From positions 68,374,440-68,438,439 of the forward strand of contig NC_068983.1 in the NCBI RefSeq assembly GCF_001194135.2: a stretch of 64,000 nucleotides of DNA, given 5' to 3'. Under the pieces are notes generated by a model. That model worked only from the letters and a program-made list of their open reading frames with translations, searched no databases and was not told the DNA's origin. This DNA comes from Octopus bimaculoides. Lineage: Eukaryota. Shown here in pieces: positions 33,311 through 47,032 of this stretch. The first letter of the stretch is position 1, and each line of letters begins with the position of its first letter. The position numbers and the translations under genes were made by a program.

Positions 33311-35187
33311 AGGAGCTGGAAATGTCTGTTTAAATAAGAGATCTTATAATCATGTTTGCATAATTGTTTCTTTTACTGAGCCAGTCCCAGCTTCCAAAGT
33401 CCATTCTTACCTTAGGTTCTCACTGGGCTTCCAGTAAGTAATACATAATTCTTTTGCATCACTGCACGTCACACAGTTAAACACAAAGAGAACCAACCTA
33501 TGGATAATGACATTACAGCATCTCTTGTTACCTCTCTATACGATAAGCACAGCTTAAAAAGGTATAGAATTTTATTCACTTCGTAAATGTGGAATACTGA
33601 TTTCTAACTTGAGCCAAAGGTCATGTTTCAGAGGAGGGTGTAGTTGACTTAAATGAGTAACAGTACATGACTGGTACTTATTGAGTTCGGGAAGGGTCAG
33701 AAGACACTGATCTTGACAATACTCTATCAATTCTGCTATGCACCACTCTAATAACAACAACAACAACGTCAGCACAGCAACAATGACAATTACTATTATT
33801 TGCTACAAGGATTCTAGACAGAGGATGATAATAACAACAAGAGTTTTTTTAATTGGCTATAGAGGCAGCAGATGAATAGTACATAATAATAATAATGATG
33901 ATGATGATGATGATGATGTTGGTTTTCATAACTTTATATAAACGAGATTGATCTACAGAAAGCAAAATAGGAAATTGTGAAACTTATACTTTACCCAAAG
34001 GCATTAGTGATATAAATAAAAGAAAAATTGTACCAACTTGAAAATAGGTCACAGATGAGCACACTGAGAGCTTATCTCAAATGGTTGCCAATTTTATAGG
34101 CAAATCCCAGATTCCTATAATAAAGCCCCAGAGGTGAAATAAGATTGTATAGGGTTCATTAGCAATGCAAGTGAAATGAAGTGAAAAACCAGATCACAGG
34201 TTTACTCTAACATTCTCACTTCAGAAAATGGAAGTGAGAATCTGACTGGACATTTAACCTAAATTATATATAGGCAGAAGCTATATTTTGAAGAGAACAA
34301 TCAACAGAATTTGCCTGATGTATATATACACACTAACAAAATCCTGTCATAGTAACTGATTCTAATAGCTGCTTTCTCTAATCACTTTACAAGATAGCGA
34401 AAATAAAACTTCCTCTGTAGCTTAATATAAATACATTTTAGATGAATCTCTTTCTTTAACATTCACACTCTTTCTATTACTTTCTTTTCTTTCCCCTCTC
34501 TCTAATTCTCTTGAACCATTTTCACCTCCACTGTCTTTCATTCATATACACAATCTATATGTAAAATTTGCTGTAATTCTATTGATTTGGTAAGTTCTGT
34601 AAGCTAAGAGCAGGAGCTTATCTCAACAGAGCTCGCTTTGATCAATAGAAATAATATTCCAACTGCAATCAACAACAAAGGCTAGGCTTTCCATTGAGGA
34701 CGGAAAATACTTTAGTTCTAAACAGTTGCTGACCCTGCACAAGAAACAAGTGTGGCCTACATTAGAATGCTGATTTATATATCTGGGACAGTTCTGCAGC
34801 TACACAAACACCACAAGACTGCATTTAAAAAATGGCCACCTGACTGATAAGAAAATCTTCATTCACCAAAAACATTACAACCATTATGCCAATGATTTAC
34901 TGTGTCCTCCCCTGAACTTGTAAGCTAGATACTACCCCCATCCAATATACTCAGCTTGTTTCATTTACACCACCAAACACTCACCAACCTTCCCTCTCCA
35001 GAAACAGAACCCTCTGTAACTCCTTCTCATTCATTTTACAGACACTGAACATTTATCACTCAAGCTTCACTAGCCTAAAAGGGCTAGGAATCCAACCCTT
35101 CTTCCTCAGAACTAAATAATGATGAGAGCTTTAACTGTAGGTTAAACAAGGGTAAAAAAAAGTAAAGCAATTAATCATGTTACTTAC

Positions 35188-35255
35188 CTGTTCACACTCT
35201 TTCATAGTGTTCGTTCGCATAGGGGTAAGGTGACCACTGACATTGGGGGAATTGA
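35188..35255 (-). CDS. CDK5RAP2: Exon: (V)NSPNVSGHLTPMRTNTMKECEQ (start of CM1)
   Basis: atttcag| ... |gtaagt, 68 nt. TPMRTNTMKECEQ resembles human SPTRARNMKDFENQ preceding the CM1 helix. Confidence 0.92.
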
Positions 35256-36289
35256 CTGAAATGACCAAGAAATAAATAGATACATAAAAGTTTTTGTGGT
35301 GGTTGTGCTTCTACCTCACACGAGCATGCTTTGAGAAATAATAGAAACAAATTGCAGGAAATAAATATTGCACAATTTTTTAAGATTACACATTCTGTGT
35401 ATATGTGCATGAGTGTGTGTGTGTCTCTGTGTGTGTACACTTCATTTATATACAAACAAAAGCAAAAGGTAAAATCAGTAGATAGCTTGAATCAATTAGA
35501 CTTAGGAACAATTCAAATCCATTGCTAGAATGCAATGCAGCAACATAATATGTCAATTTATTGGTCTCACAAATGCACTAGTGTATTGATTGAAAATATT
35601 ATCCAGAAATGGCATTGAGAAAAATTATATTGTGCTCAGAGAAAATACATTTAAGAGAAAACATAGACAATGTAGACTTTTCTGAAAAAGAAACAAAAGA
35701 AATTCTATTTCACTATTTTAGTACTAGAAAGCTGGTTTATAATTGAAACTGCAACATTTTACATTGTCATTAAGATGCTCGTAGTTGAGAAGTACTGCAA
35801 CTCATTGTAGCCTTTTCTGAGATATTCAACATTAATATGAGTCGGTGTCAAAATGTAAACATGAGAACAAACATCTCATAAAGAATCCTTCCAATAACAG
35901 AACAGAATCTTCCTTTAGCAGGAATTAGATTTTATTCCATTTTTATGGGTTTTTTTAAAATGAAACTACAATGTTCTTTGAGTCTCTAAACTAGCCAATG
36001 TAGCCATCTAAGTTAACTGAATGCATCTACTTTTCCTCTTCCCACAACTCACACCATACTGTATCCATTTAGATGCCACACTAAATGTTCTTTCCCAACC
36101 TTATTCCTTGAAACTATATTACTGAAGCATTCTCTCTAGTGATGTCTCAACTAGTTCTAGTCGGTTGTGCTTAGAAGGAAAGTATTTACTTGAACAGGAG
36201 CCTATCTCGAACAAAATTTCCAGATGAACTGGTACCTGATTCTGAGAACAAGGTGAACTAAGAAGAAAAGACTCAGATGATTTTAATAA

Positions 36290-36760
36290 TAATGCTCAAA
36301 CACATGAAATACTTGTAGTAGATTGTAACTCAAACTCATAGTGCTAATACCATATCTAATTGATAATTTCACTGCTAGATATGAGGTAGACCACAAACTA
36401 TGTGGCCTAAAGATGTTACTAATTATAGCATGGTAGTAAAACAAAAGTATAAAATGTAGATGTACAAAAGCTGGAAAGAATTGAGGCAAGCATGTTCCAC
36501 TGAATGCATAATGCTAGTGTGCACAAATGATTAAGCACAAACAAGCTAAGAGAAAAATTGGCTGTAAGCGGAATCAGATGTAGTGTGCAAGAACAGAAAC
36601 TGTGCAGATATGGCCATATGATGCATATGAAGGACAACAGTTGAAGAAGCTGCAGAATAGGAAGACTGAAGACGACATGGGAAGAAATGGTAAAGGCCAA
36701 CTTCAAGAGACTGAAGCTCAGTGAATTGATAAGTGATGTGAAGTCATCGTCATCATCAAG
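36290..36760 (+). mobile_element. Degraded RTE-clade LINE fragment
   Basis: DVQKLERIEASMF...LREKLAVSGIRCSVQEQKLCRYGHMMHM...WEEMVKANFKRLKL. Confidence 0.65.
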
Positions 36761-39138
36761 CCCTGCCCAATTTAAGTGAGAATGGAAAGACTGGCATAAA
36801 GAGATTGTAGTGAAGAAAATTCAAGCAAGAATGGTGGCAGATAAAATCCTCTTGAAAATTGTGAGGTAAAACAGAAAAGCATACATCAAAATAATAGCAA
36901 CAGCAAATGTTAATGTTTAATTTATGAGGAATGAATATATTTCTACTTCTTATAAATTCTGCACTAATCTTGAAATCACACCATATTGTATCACATCATA
37001 TTATTATTATGAAGGAAGTAAAATTTGTTTTACAATGTAAATCATACTTTAAAGATTTTATTAGAATAAATAAAAAGTACCTCCTACATTAAAAGTGAAC
37101 AGACCAAATTACTAAATTACTCACACAAATTACATGACAACATCTATAATAATCAAATTAGAAAGTGTTATTTTTCTTCCATTTTTTTGTTTTGTTTCTC
37201 TCTGTGGGGATCATGCCATGTAAAAGCATCTTACTGAAGTTATTTTCAACATGAAGCCCCAATATACATAGCAGGTTAAATAGTAACACTGAGCAGTTGC
37301 ATTCCAGAGAGAAAACTTATACAACCAGCTACTACTGCCACCTGACAAACTAAAGTCTGTGTGTGCTTCTAATAACAAACATTGACAAACATTCTTCCCA
37401 TCTTTGAATAAATCATTTGCATCTCCTGAGTAAGTTCTCCTCTTACAAAATATAGATCAAAAAACAGAACTCAATATGGGCCCTTATACACTCTGCAAGT
37501 AGCAAGGTAAAACACACAGTCTGTACAACATTTAAATGATAAAAACAAAGTATATTAGTAAGGGTAACCTGTTTGAAAGTACTAATAAGACTAGACAATT
37601 TTTCTTGAAGGATTAATTATTTTCCATGTTCTAGAAATAGACCTTCACACAAATATAGCAAGATCGCAAACAGCAAAAATAAGTAGAATGTTTACCTACA
37701 GGCAATGTTACTCTATTGTAAAGGCAAATGGGGATATATATTTTCATCACATATAAATCAACGATAGGGTTAGATATAGGATATGTTGAGTTTCAGAAGA
37801 TTTTATTGCTAATGTACACAGCAATAGATTTCATCCTCTCTAAATCAGACTGGAAGTTATTTTATTTTTTAATGATATTGTCTAACCAGGCATTGATAAT
37901 AAAATTAGTAATTATTACTGTTCTTGCACCTCACTGGATATCTATCTATTTCTAGCTAACTTTTTCAAATTCTTTGCATTAAATTGTTAAATAGGTTAGA
38001 ATAAGATCAACACATGTTAGAAAAATGAAAATAATAATAGTCATTGACTACTATCATGTTTTCCATACTGCATAATTATTTCTAGTTAACTTTTTAAAAT
38101 CCTTCCTGTCCTAATATGTTAATACTAACTTGCTTATTAGTGAATGTAATCCTAAATGAACCAAATTTATAACTTGAATAACTTAGAAATTTTGAAATAA
38201 GAAAAATAGATACTGCCAAACCATCACAAAAGAAACCAGAAAGAAATAAAGAAAAAAGGAAGAAAATTAACCATACTGCAATGGGCTAATCCCAATATTA
38301 TAAATGTAGCTTTTAAAACCAGGTTTGATAATAATTAAATTAAGTTTGCACCTGCATTTTTCCCCCTGAATCACTGGCCAGTCTGCAGAATCAGTACTTA
38401 TAACAGTTTAGTCATCTGTCACACACAACTGAAGCTAAAAGGTATTAATTTAATAGTTGTTTTTATTACAGTCAGATAAAAGTTATCTTCTATCCACAGA
38501 CACACTTTTCTCTCTCTCTCTCTCCCTCTCTCTCTCATAGAAAGAGAAAGAGAACAATAAAAACAAACAAACTGTAATTGAGACAGCTTGTTTAATATGA
38601 AATATTTCCATAACAAAACAATTTGTTTTCCATTAGATCTCAGTTACTTTTTGGATTCAATATTTGGTGGCAAATTGCTTAGCCTTGAGGGTGACTTTCA
38701 CCATATTCTTCCACTAAACTTTTAGTCTCACAGTGAAAGGTAAACAGGTCTTTATTGTTCCATTGATAGAAAAAGAATAATCTGGGTAGTTTCTATTGCT
38801 TTTAAAATTTTGTCAGAGAAAGAACACTCAACTTCTGTCCACAGAGTAATTAGTAATTTATAGCCATTTATAAGCATATATGAACTTATACACAGCTAAA
38901 TTTGTCTGTAATTTGCTTAACATTGCATATGTTGATAATGTGCTTTATTCATTAATAATAAATTACACAATAATTTTTGGATAATTTGAAAATAATGTAA
39001 GGTATATATATATCTCTTGATAAAATACAATTTTAGCCTATGATAAACATAAAGTTAACTTCACGAATTGAGGCTAACATTATATGTTTGTCGAAAAAGG
39101 TACATCTTACAGTACATTTCCACTTGTTCAAGGATGCT

Positions 39139-39413
39139 ATCATCATCATCATCATCATCGTTTAACGTCCGCTTTCCATGCTAGCATGGGTTGGACGATT
39201 TGACTGAGGACTGGTGAAACTGGATGGCAACACCAGGCTCCAATCTAATTTGGCAGTTTCTACAGCTGGATGCCCTTCCTAACGCCAACCACTCAGAGAG
39301 TGTAGTGGGTGCTTTTACGTGTCACCCGCACGAAAACGGCCACGCTCGAAATGGTGTCTTTTATGTGCCACCCACACAAGCCAGTCCAGGGGCACTGTCA
39401 ACGATCTCGCTCA
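39139..39413 (-). mobile_element. Young RTE-tail repeat
   Basis: Near-identical to 20486-20720, including a shared internal deletion. Confidence 0.85.
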
Positions 39414-39978
39414 GGTATTATTAATTAATTATCCATAGTGTCAGTGCATGCACTGTTATGCAAATTAGATACACTAGCCTAGCTGTGTTCAAGCTTGTAT
39501 ACACTATAAAAACTAAGATCTATTAATTTCTCAATGGACAAAAAGCAGATGGTATTTTTTTTCTCTGATGAAGTTCTAAGAAGAATAGAAACTACTCAGA
39601 CTGACCCGACTTTTTCTATTACACTTGTTCAGTAGATAATCTTTTACATGAAATTTCAAAATATGAAATATTTTCAAGTATATTTCATATAACTGCAATT
39701 TCTGTTCTACTAATATGTGCATTTAATATGCATTATATAGTTAAAACTTGAAAATGCATTTCTGAAAAAAATTTGGTGTGATGCACAAATTCTAAGAGAA
39801 GATTTGAAATTAGTGCCCCTGTATTAGATAACATGGATGATTTCATGAAAAAAGTGAAACTTTGTTTTCAAATTCCAGCTTAGTGCAATCATTTCAAAAT
39901 CTAAACGACTTTTGGACTGAAGCAATTTAAATAAAGGATTATCAACTCTCTCTCTCTCTCTCTCTAAAAAAATATACA

Positions 39979-40380
39979 GTGGCTGTGTGGTAAGTAGCTT
40001 GCTTACCAACCACATGGTTCTGGGTTCAGTCCCACTGCGTGGCACCTTGGGCAAGTGTCTTCTACTATAGCCTCGGGCCGACCAAAGCCTTGTGAGTGGA
40101 TTTGGTAGACAGAAACTGAAAGAAGCCCGTCTTATATATGTATATATATATGTATGTGTGTATATGTTGTGTATCTGTGTTTGTCCCCCCAACATCGCTT
40201 GACAACCGATGCTGGTGTGTTTAGGTCCCCGTAACTTAGCGGTTCGGCAAAAAGAGACCGATAGAATAAGTACTAGGCTTACAAAAAATAAGTCCTGGGG
40301 TCGATTTGATTTGACTAAAGGCGGTGCTCCAGCATGGCCGCAGTCAAATGACTGAAACAAGTAAAAGAAAAGAAAGAAAG
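39979..40380 (+). mobile_element. Full-length tRNA-derived SINE family A
   Basis: A-box-like TGGCTGTGTGG (39980), B-box-like GGTTCAGTCCC (40023), internal (TA/TG)n tract, AAAG-rich tail. Confidence 0.9.
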
Positions 40381-40422
40381 GAAGATACATACAATTACAA
40401 CAGCAAATGAAAATATATTTAC

Positions 40423-40499
40423 CTGTTAGGGAGACCTGCTCAGGAGAGTCCTCCAGGTCTAGACATTCCCCTTCTCTCATCTTGTCTGACTGACTATCA
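40423..40499 (-). CDS. CDK5RAP2: Exon: (S)DSQSDKMREGECLDLEDSPEQVSLT(V)
   Basis: ttttcttttacttacag| acceptor, |gtaaat donor, 77 nt; the phase-1 end fits the next exon (G+TC=Val). Confidence 0.8.
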
Positions 40500-40972
40500 C
40501 TGTAAGTAAAAGAAAAAAATACAAGAATAATAATATAATGAAAGAATAACATATTAAAATTAATAAAAAATGACTAATAACAAGAGAATTAATCGATGCA
40601 TACAGCTGAAGAAATTCTAATGAAAATTATTGCATAAAAAAAGAACACAATAATGATGATAATTTGAAAGCATTGTTTCAGAGGAATATACTTAAGAAAC
40701 AAAGTAAAGCATTTAACTGTTTGGAAAACAGAAGAGAAATATGTATGTCTGACTAAAACTGTTTAAAACCAGATACAGATCATTGTAATAAACCAAGATG
40801 TCTCAGTAAGATATTGATTTCTTACATAGGCACATGAGCTGACATTCGTGCAAGGGATAAATGATGAAACTATAGCAAAAATGAAGGGAAATGGGTTCTA
40901 CCAAAAACATAAATATGTTGGATTCAGTTCTCTAGGAACTTACTTCTATTAAACTATAATTGCTACTTTATT

Positions 40973-41040
40973 CAGTTCTATATTTAAGAGATGGGGAATT
41001 ATGTACATTATTTACATTTGACGGATATTTGTCCTCATCT
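40973..41040 (-). mobile_element. Terminal fragment of the element seen at 17915
   Basis: CAGTTCTATATTTAAGAGATG(G/A)GGAATTATGTACATTATTTACATTTGACGGATAT..GTCCTCATCT matches 17915-17982. Confidence 0.75.
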
Positions 41041-41289
41041 AAATGTGTCTTATGTCTATGCTAGTTATCAGTATTTATCAAAAAGCTTGTATTTTTGAAT
41101 TTGCATGGGCCACATTCCAGGCCATGAGATGTTAACTACCTCCAAACGCTCAATTCACCAAATTTACAGTCTTATATGAAGGAAACAGAAGTTTATTTTT
41201 ATATTCCACATGAAGATAAGAATGCAAATGAGAAATATTAACTGTAAAGTGAAAAATCAGTAACACTATACAATGCATGAATTATTAAT

Positions 41290-41893
41290 AGAGGGAGACC
41301 CAGAAAGACATGGGATGAGGTGGTGAAGCATGACCTTCGAATGTTGGGCCTCACAGAGGCAATGACAAAAGACTGAGACCTCTAGAGATATGCTGTGACT
41401 GAGAAGACCCAGCAAATAAAATGAGTTCACGGCTGTAACCTACACCAGTGTCGCATAACCAGTCCACTCAAAAGTACCTTGGATCGTAGGGCAACATGCC
41501 ATGCTTGAGGAAACCTACTGAGTCAAGTACATCAAAATCAAATGGAAATTGTAGTTGTGATCTCCGTGCTGGTGGCACGTAAAAAGTACCATCTGAATGT
41601 GGCCGATGCCAGCAGAGCTGCCATGACTGGCTTCCGTGCCAGTGGCATGTAAAAAGCACCAATCAATCGTGGCCGTTGCCAGCCCCCTCTGGCCCCTGTG
41701 CCAGTGGCACATAAAAAGCACCCACTACCCTCTCAGAGTGGTTGGCATTAGGAGGGGCATCCAGCTGTAGAAACACTGCCAGATCAGACTGGAGCCTGGT
41801 GCAGCCTCCTGGCTTCCCAGACCCCAGTCGAGCCGTCCAACCCATGCCAGCATGGAAAACAGACGTTAAACAATGATGATGATGATGCTGATG
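41290..41893 (+). mobile_element. RTE LINE ORF end contiguous with the full 3' UTR and (ATG)n tail
   Basis: RGRPRKTWDEVVKHDLRMLGLTEAMTKD, then three hairpin units, then the common tail. Confidence 0.85.
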
Positions 41894-44160
41894 AAAGTAG
41901 TTTTTGATAAATTATTTAGAAAATTTTTATTTCAGATTTTCTACCAATGAAAGAATGATAAAAAAATATAAAATACCATATATTGTTGAAGTTTTCTGCA
42001 AACAAAAGTCCCATTATTCTAATTAAGTGTTCAAGTAAGAATCAAATTTAACAACAAAGTCAGTGACAAATCCAAATCATAGACATTGCTATTTAAATAT
42101 TAGACTGAAAACAATTGTTAGGAGAACTGGAAGATCACTAGAAAAATGTTTTATGATATTTAACTTCATCCTTTTAAATTTTAAGTTCAAATCCGGCCAG
42201 GGTTAACTTTGCTAGTCATCCTTCTGAGATCAATAATATAAGTAGTAGTCATTTCTTCCTCCCAAAAGTTATGGCCTTTTGCTAATGTTTAGAAATATTA
42301 CTGTTTGTACTTATTTTTAAACATGAGATACATGGACCTCTAAGGCTCACTCAACCAGAGCCAATGACGGAGTATCAACGTGGTTGGTTAAACACTTAGA
42401 AAAGGTAATCATCTCTCTCAAAGCACATCCTACTGAATATGATACAATATCCAAGTGATATGCTGCTATAGAGATATGCATATTTATCAAAAACCGAAAA
42501 GATAAAATAATACAAAGTACAATTTCTCTATAGAAATTTAATGGCTTGTTCTGCAGGTTTACAGAATATGAATTACAGACAGAAGAAATGCACTGCCAAT
42601 AATCTATGGTCATCTTCTAAGATAGTGAAAATGGAAATTAATAGATGGAAGAGTGGGATGGAGTGGACAAGTGAATAATGAGTGAGTTATATGTCATTTC
42701 TACAGCCAGTCAAGAATACAACTAGTTAACAAAAAAGATTTACTAAAGCAGAGTGCTTGTGAACTCTGCATAGGATTGCAAACTTTCAGATGGTCAGATC
42801 ATTAAGTGTCTATGTTACCTACTTGCCAAACAGGCCAATGGTTCATATCTTATTGCTATCATTTTTCTGGTAAAGACATTTATCAATATCTCTTGTTATA
42901 AATGGGTGGGTACCACAGAGCGATACAGTCTACAGCTCTGAGCAACAATCCTTACAGTACTGGGTTTAAATCCTTCCCTGAACAGCTGACCAGGAAATAT
43001 ACAAGCAGAGATCTTACCCAAGCGATACTCATGATTAAAACAGTAGTGGTAACTTTTTCAATAGTAATGGAAACAAATATTTAAGAATAAAATATTACCA
43101 AAACTGATGATGAATCCATATATCTTCCAAATTGTTTTGATAACCTTAAATATAAGCCATTTTTTTTTTGAAAGATTATTGAGGAGATACTTAAACATGT
43201 GCAGTAATTGAGACTCCTGATATTGAAGTTGATGACAGGTGCAATGGTGAAGTTCATTGTCTATCATTTTCTATAAAATATACAAGGAGCTGGGGGAGGG
43301 AATCATAAAAACGAAAGACCAGTGGAGATAGAAAAAGAGAGTATATTCTAAAAATCGATGAGTACAGGCAAGTGGAAAATTATATCAAACCAACCAACCC
43401 CAAGTTAGCATACAAAAATAGTACTTGAACATGGCTGATGATCAAACATTAACAAATAATAAGATCTGTAAAAGGTCTCACCAACAAAAGAGATGAAACT
43501 GAAATATAACTTGTTTAAATCTCTAAAGTTTGATGACATTTATATGTTGCTAAAGTACCACAGGTTAGAGATCATGTGACATCTTCATTGCAAAACAATT
43601 ATGCCTACGTAAACAAGGCATACACACACACACACACTCAAACATTATGTAGAGATAGTACCCTTCACTGAGTGATGTACAATATATAGCCACACCTCAG
43701 ATTCTAGTCCTCACACTCATAGGTGATCAGTCATTTCAGGGAAAGGCCTGAACCTCTCATTAGCAACATCATCCCAGCTAAAACCTTCATGAGGAGAGCC
43801 TGTTCCCAAGGATCTGAGCAGAGCTAAAGGGATATATCTTGCTAAAAACAGACAGTCTCCAATGGCAGAACAACAGATGTAGACCTATGATCTCAACAGC
43901 TGAACTAACAGAAGGGGGTGAAGCCAAATGGATTAGCTAAGAAGGCATAGCTCAAGTAACACCTGGGTCTATTGTAGTTTCACTGCCTGATACTTTTATA
44001 TGTTAGATATGGGACAGAGGAGGTCTTTGAAACCACAGCATGTGGGCCACTTTCTGGCAAGTTGGAATCCACTCTAATCAAAACCATGCTACTGGTATTC
44101 CTTCATTAATTTATTGTCATGGAACTACAATGAAGAAAGAAATACTCAGAAATGAGAAGG

Positions 44161-44163
<3 letters not shown>

Positions 44164-44199
<36 letters not shown>

Positions 44200-44236
44200 G
44201 TGTGCATGTGCGTGCGCGCGTACGTGCGTGTGTGCA
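44164..44236. repeat. (TG)n with CG-containing variants
   Basis: Direct read. Confidence 0.9.
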
Positions 44237-45979
44237 TGCACCCTTCTTGTTTATTTCATTAACACATTAAACCATGTGCTCTGAAAATGTACTTCCTCAG
44301 CAACAACACAAACTCTCAAAATCACTTCAACAAACAACTGTGTTGATGATATCTAATTGTTGTACTAAAAGAAAACATTGTAATAAAATATTTCAAATAG
44401 TGATTTACATGCTATTTTAAATATATGCATAGAATAACTAAATGATGTTTGTAAAATCATTTCTTAACATTACATTAATAAGGATAGAACATTCCAAAAT
44501 GTCGTATCAACAAAGTAAAAACTAGAAGTGAACTTCCTCATTGCAATGGAAGAAATGAACGACAGCCTTAAAATGTTAGACAATGTATAGATATATAAGT
44601 TTAATCTAATGTATAGATATATAAGTTAAACTGTCTTTAACTCTATACAGGAATGTGTAAGAGTAAACTAAAGTAAATAGCTTAGAGTAAAATAATACTC
44701 TATGAACACTATACGAAGTAAACATACTTCAGGAAAATGCTACAAGAGCTGTTCTCAGTTTAACACAAAATAATGAGAATGGGAGTAAGTGGACCAGCTC
44801 TTCTGTATTTTCAAGCATCAATAAAGTTTTTCATATGCTGTATAATGTAGGCAGAAATTGTATTCTTAAACACACTTAACCACATGTACACAAAAAACAC
44901 CTGATTTTGAACTAGCTGTGCTTTGAAATGTAATTTGTAACCATTGCAGAGTTGAGATACAAGAATTTTCGAGATCTCAATTGCAAGAATTGGATGCTGT
45001 TGATATATGATACCAACTTGATGGCAACATTAAAGGTTGTTTTCCAAGTCTGATTTCAACTAACCTCACTTCAACATTATTCATGACCTCAGACTACATG
45101 TTAACAAACTTTGATACAGCTAAAAATAACACTGACTATGAAATTAACTATATAGCAACATAACTTTTGACATGCATAATTGAAAATATAATTCATGTGT
45201 TTTAAATAACCAATATAACTATCATTATACAACTGTTGATTTAAAACATGCAATTATTTATAAATAGTTATAGAATTAACAGAACCACCAGATATATAAT
45301 ACAAGTGACTTGGTTTTGCTTGTCTAATATATTTTCTCATTACATTAAACAGATAGGCTGTTACAAGAAAGCTAGTTAATATTTACAAATTTACTAATTT
45401 CATTAAGCATAACAAACATTTCAAAAACTATACTAATTATATAAACAATTGAGTTGTAAATAAAACACTTGTGGGGCAATAACAGAAAACAAAAGCACAT
45501 ATTTTGAACTTTTACTTCCTTTTAATTTGATAGGTTTGTTCAAAATAGAGAAATGTATTTCATCAGGTTAATCATTTCTTACACAACTAAAAATTTACTT
45601 TAAGCACCGAAATGTAAATTTATAAAGAAAATAACCAATTATTCTTAAATAGCACTGAAAGCTGATGTCAATTTCTGAATATTTAAAGATTTACAAAGGT
45701 AAAATCATGTCTGTCTAGCTTTCTTTCTAATGACTTAAATAACACCCAATCTAATTCATTCATCATGATTATATCTTCCTTTACAATCTGAAAGGAGTGA
45801 CATCATATAATACTTAGAGCTGCTTGTTCAAATTTTAAAAAAATGTCCAGCCTTCAACTAATCTGTTACTCAAATTAGTTCATTTTATTATATAATTCAA
45901 CATTATGGCATACTATCTAAGATAACTGTTGAAGTTTGAAAACTCACAAAAGTAAAATTCTGTATTGTTTATCTTTTAC

Positions 45980-46290
45980 TTGTTTCTGTCATTAGACTGC
46001 AGACACACTGAGGCACCACCTTGAAAGGTTTAGTCAAACAAATCGACCCCAGGACATACTTTTTTCTAAGCCTGGTACTTACTCTATCAAACTCAGTTTT
46101 GCTGAATCACTAATGCACAGGCACATAAACAAACGAACACCAGCAGTCAAGCAGTGGTGGAGGACAATCATAAACACAACGATGTACATACACACACACA
46201 CACACACACATACACGATGGGCTTCTTTCAGTTTCCGTCTACCAAATCCACTCACAAGGCTTTGGTTGGCCCAAGACTACAATAGAAGAG
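45980..46290 (-). mobile_element. SINE family A, diverged
   Basis: Reverse complement of the body of 39979-40380. Confidence 0.7.
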
Positions 46291-47032
46291 ACTTATTCAA
46301 GGAACTGTACATTTATTTATCATGGGGATAGCATCTCAGAATAATTATTTGAATTCTCTTTCACTAAGCCAACAAATTTCTCTTTCCCCTTCTACTGGAG
46401 AATCCTAAATTTGTTTCCATATTTGCTAATGAAAAAAATAATTTTTTTTCATGAACTAATAACAAATTTATCAATAATAGCAGCAAACTACATTAAAACC
46501 TAAAGCATCCTAACAACTATGGACTAAAACAAGAACATAAATATCACATTAATATCTAAAGTACTTATGACACCACTTTAAAAAATTTTTTTATAAAGGG
46601 TCAATTTGTAATGACAAACAGTGGATTTTGTAATCATGATTATTTGTTCCAAAATGATACTAATAAGTACATAGTATTTGACATAGATTTTCATCACAAA
46701 TACCATATTATATATTGAGAAATCAGAAAATAAGAAATATGCCTACCATAATAAGAACTAAGATCAAAAAAGTTGGCTTGATATTTCAGTAGACAGATTA
46801 TGCATCAAACTCTAAACTATTAATTACAGCTATACCTACTAACAGGCATAAGAAATGGAACCTGGATACTCTGCTAAAAAAACATTATTTAAATATTTTA
46901 AAAGTAACATGAAAGTGTTACTCATTAAAAAAAAATGTATTGGTGCAACACTGTTATAGTTAACAACAAAACATTCAAAAAATAAAAACAATGCTGGAAG
47001 AAGTATTTGAAGGGATAGGTTAGAAAGTAATA

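Noticed and set aside
39564-39600. CTGATGAAG...GAAAC second hammerhead-like string
   Set aside because: Stem II does not close next to GAAA and no stem I/III pairing exists.
39979-40060. tRNA-like heads with A/B boxes (also 8954, 10222, 54478, 60920)
   Set aside because: SINE heads continuing into SINE bodies; no complete cloverleaf, so not tRNA genes.
39824-40552. Longest clean ORF in the track (242 aa, minus)
   Set aside because: Read-through of intron, one true 77-nt exon and an antisense SINE; not a gene.
44582-44627. Short tandem duplications (also ~3303-3348 and ~14727-14768)
   Set aside because: Ordinary 20-26-bp slippage duplications with no further structure.
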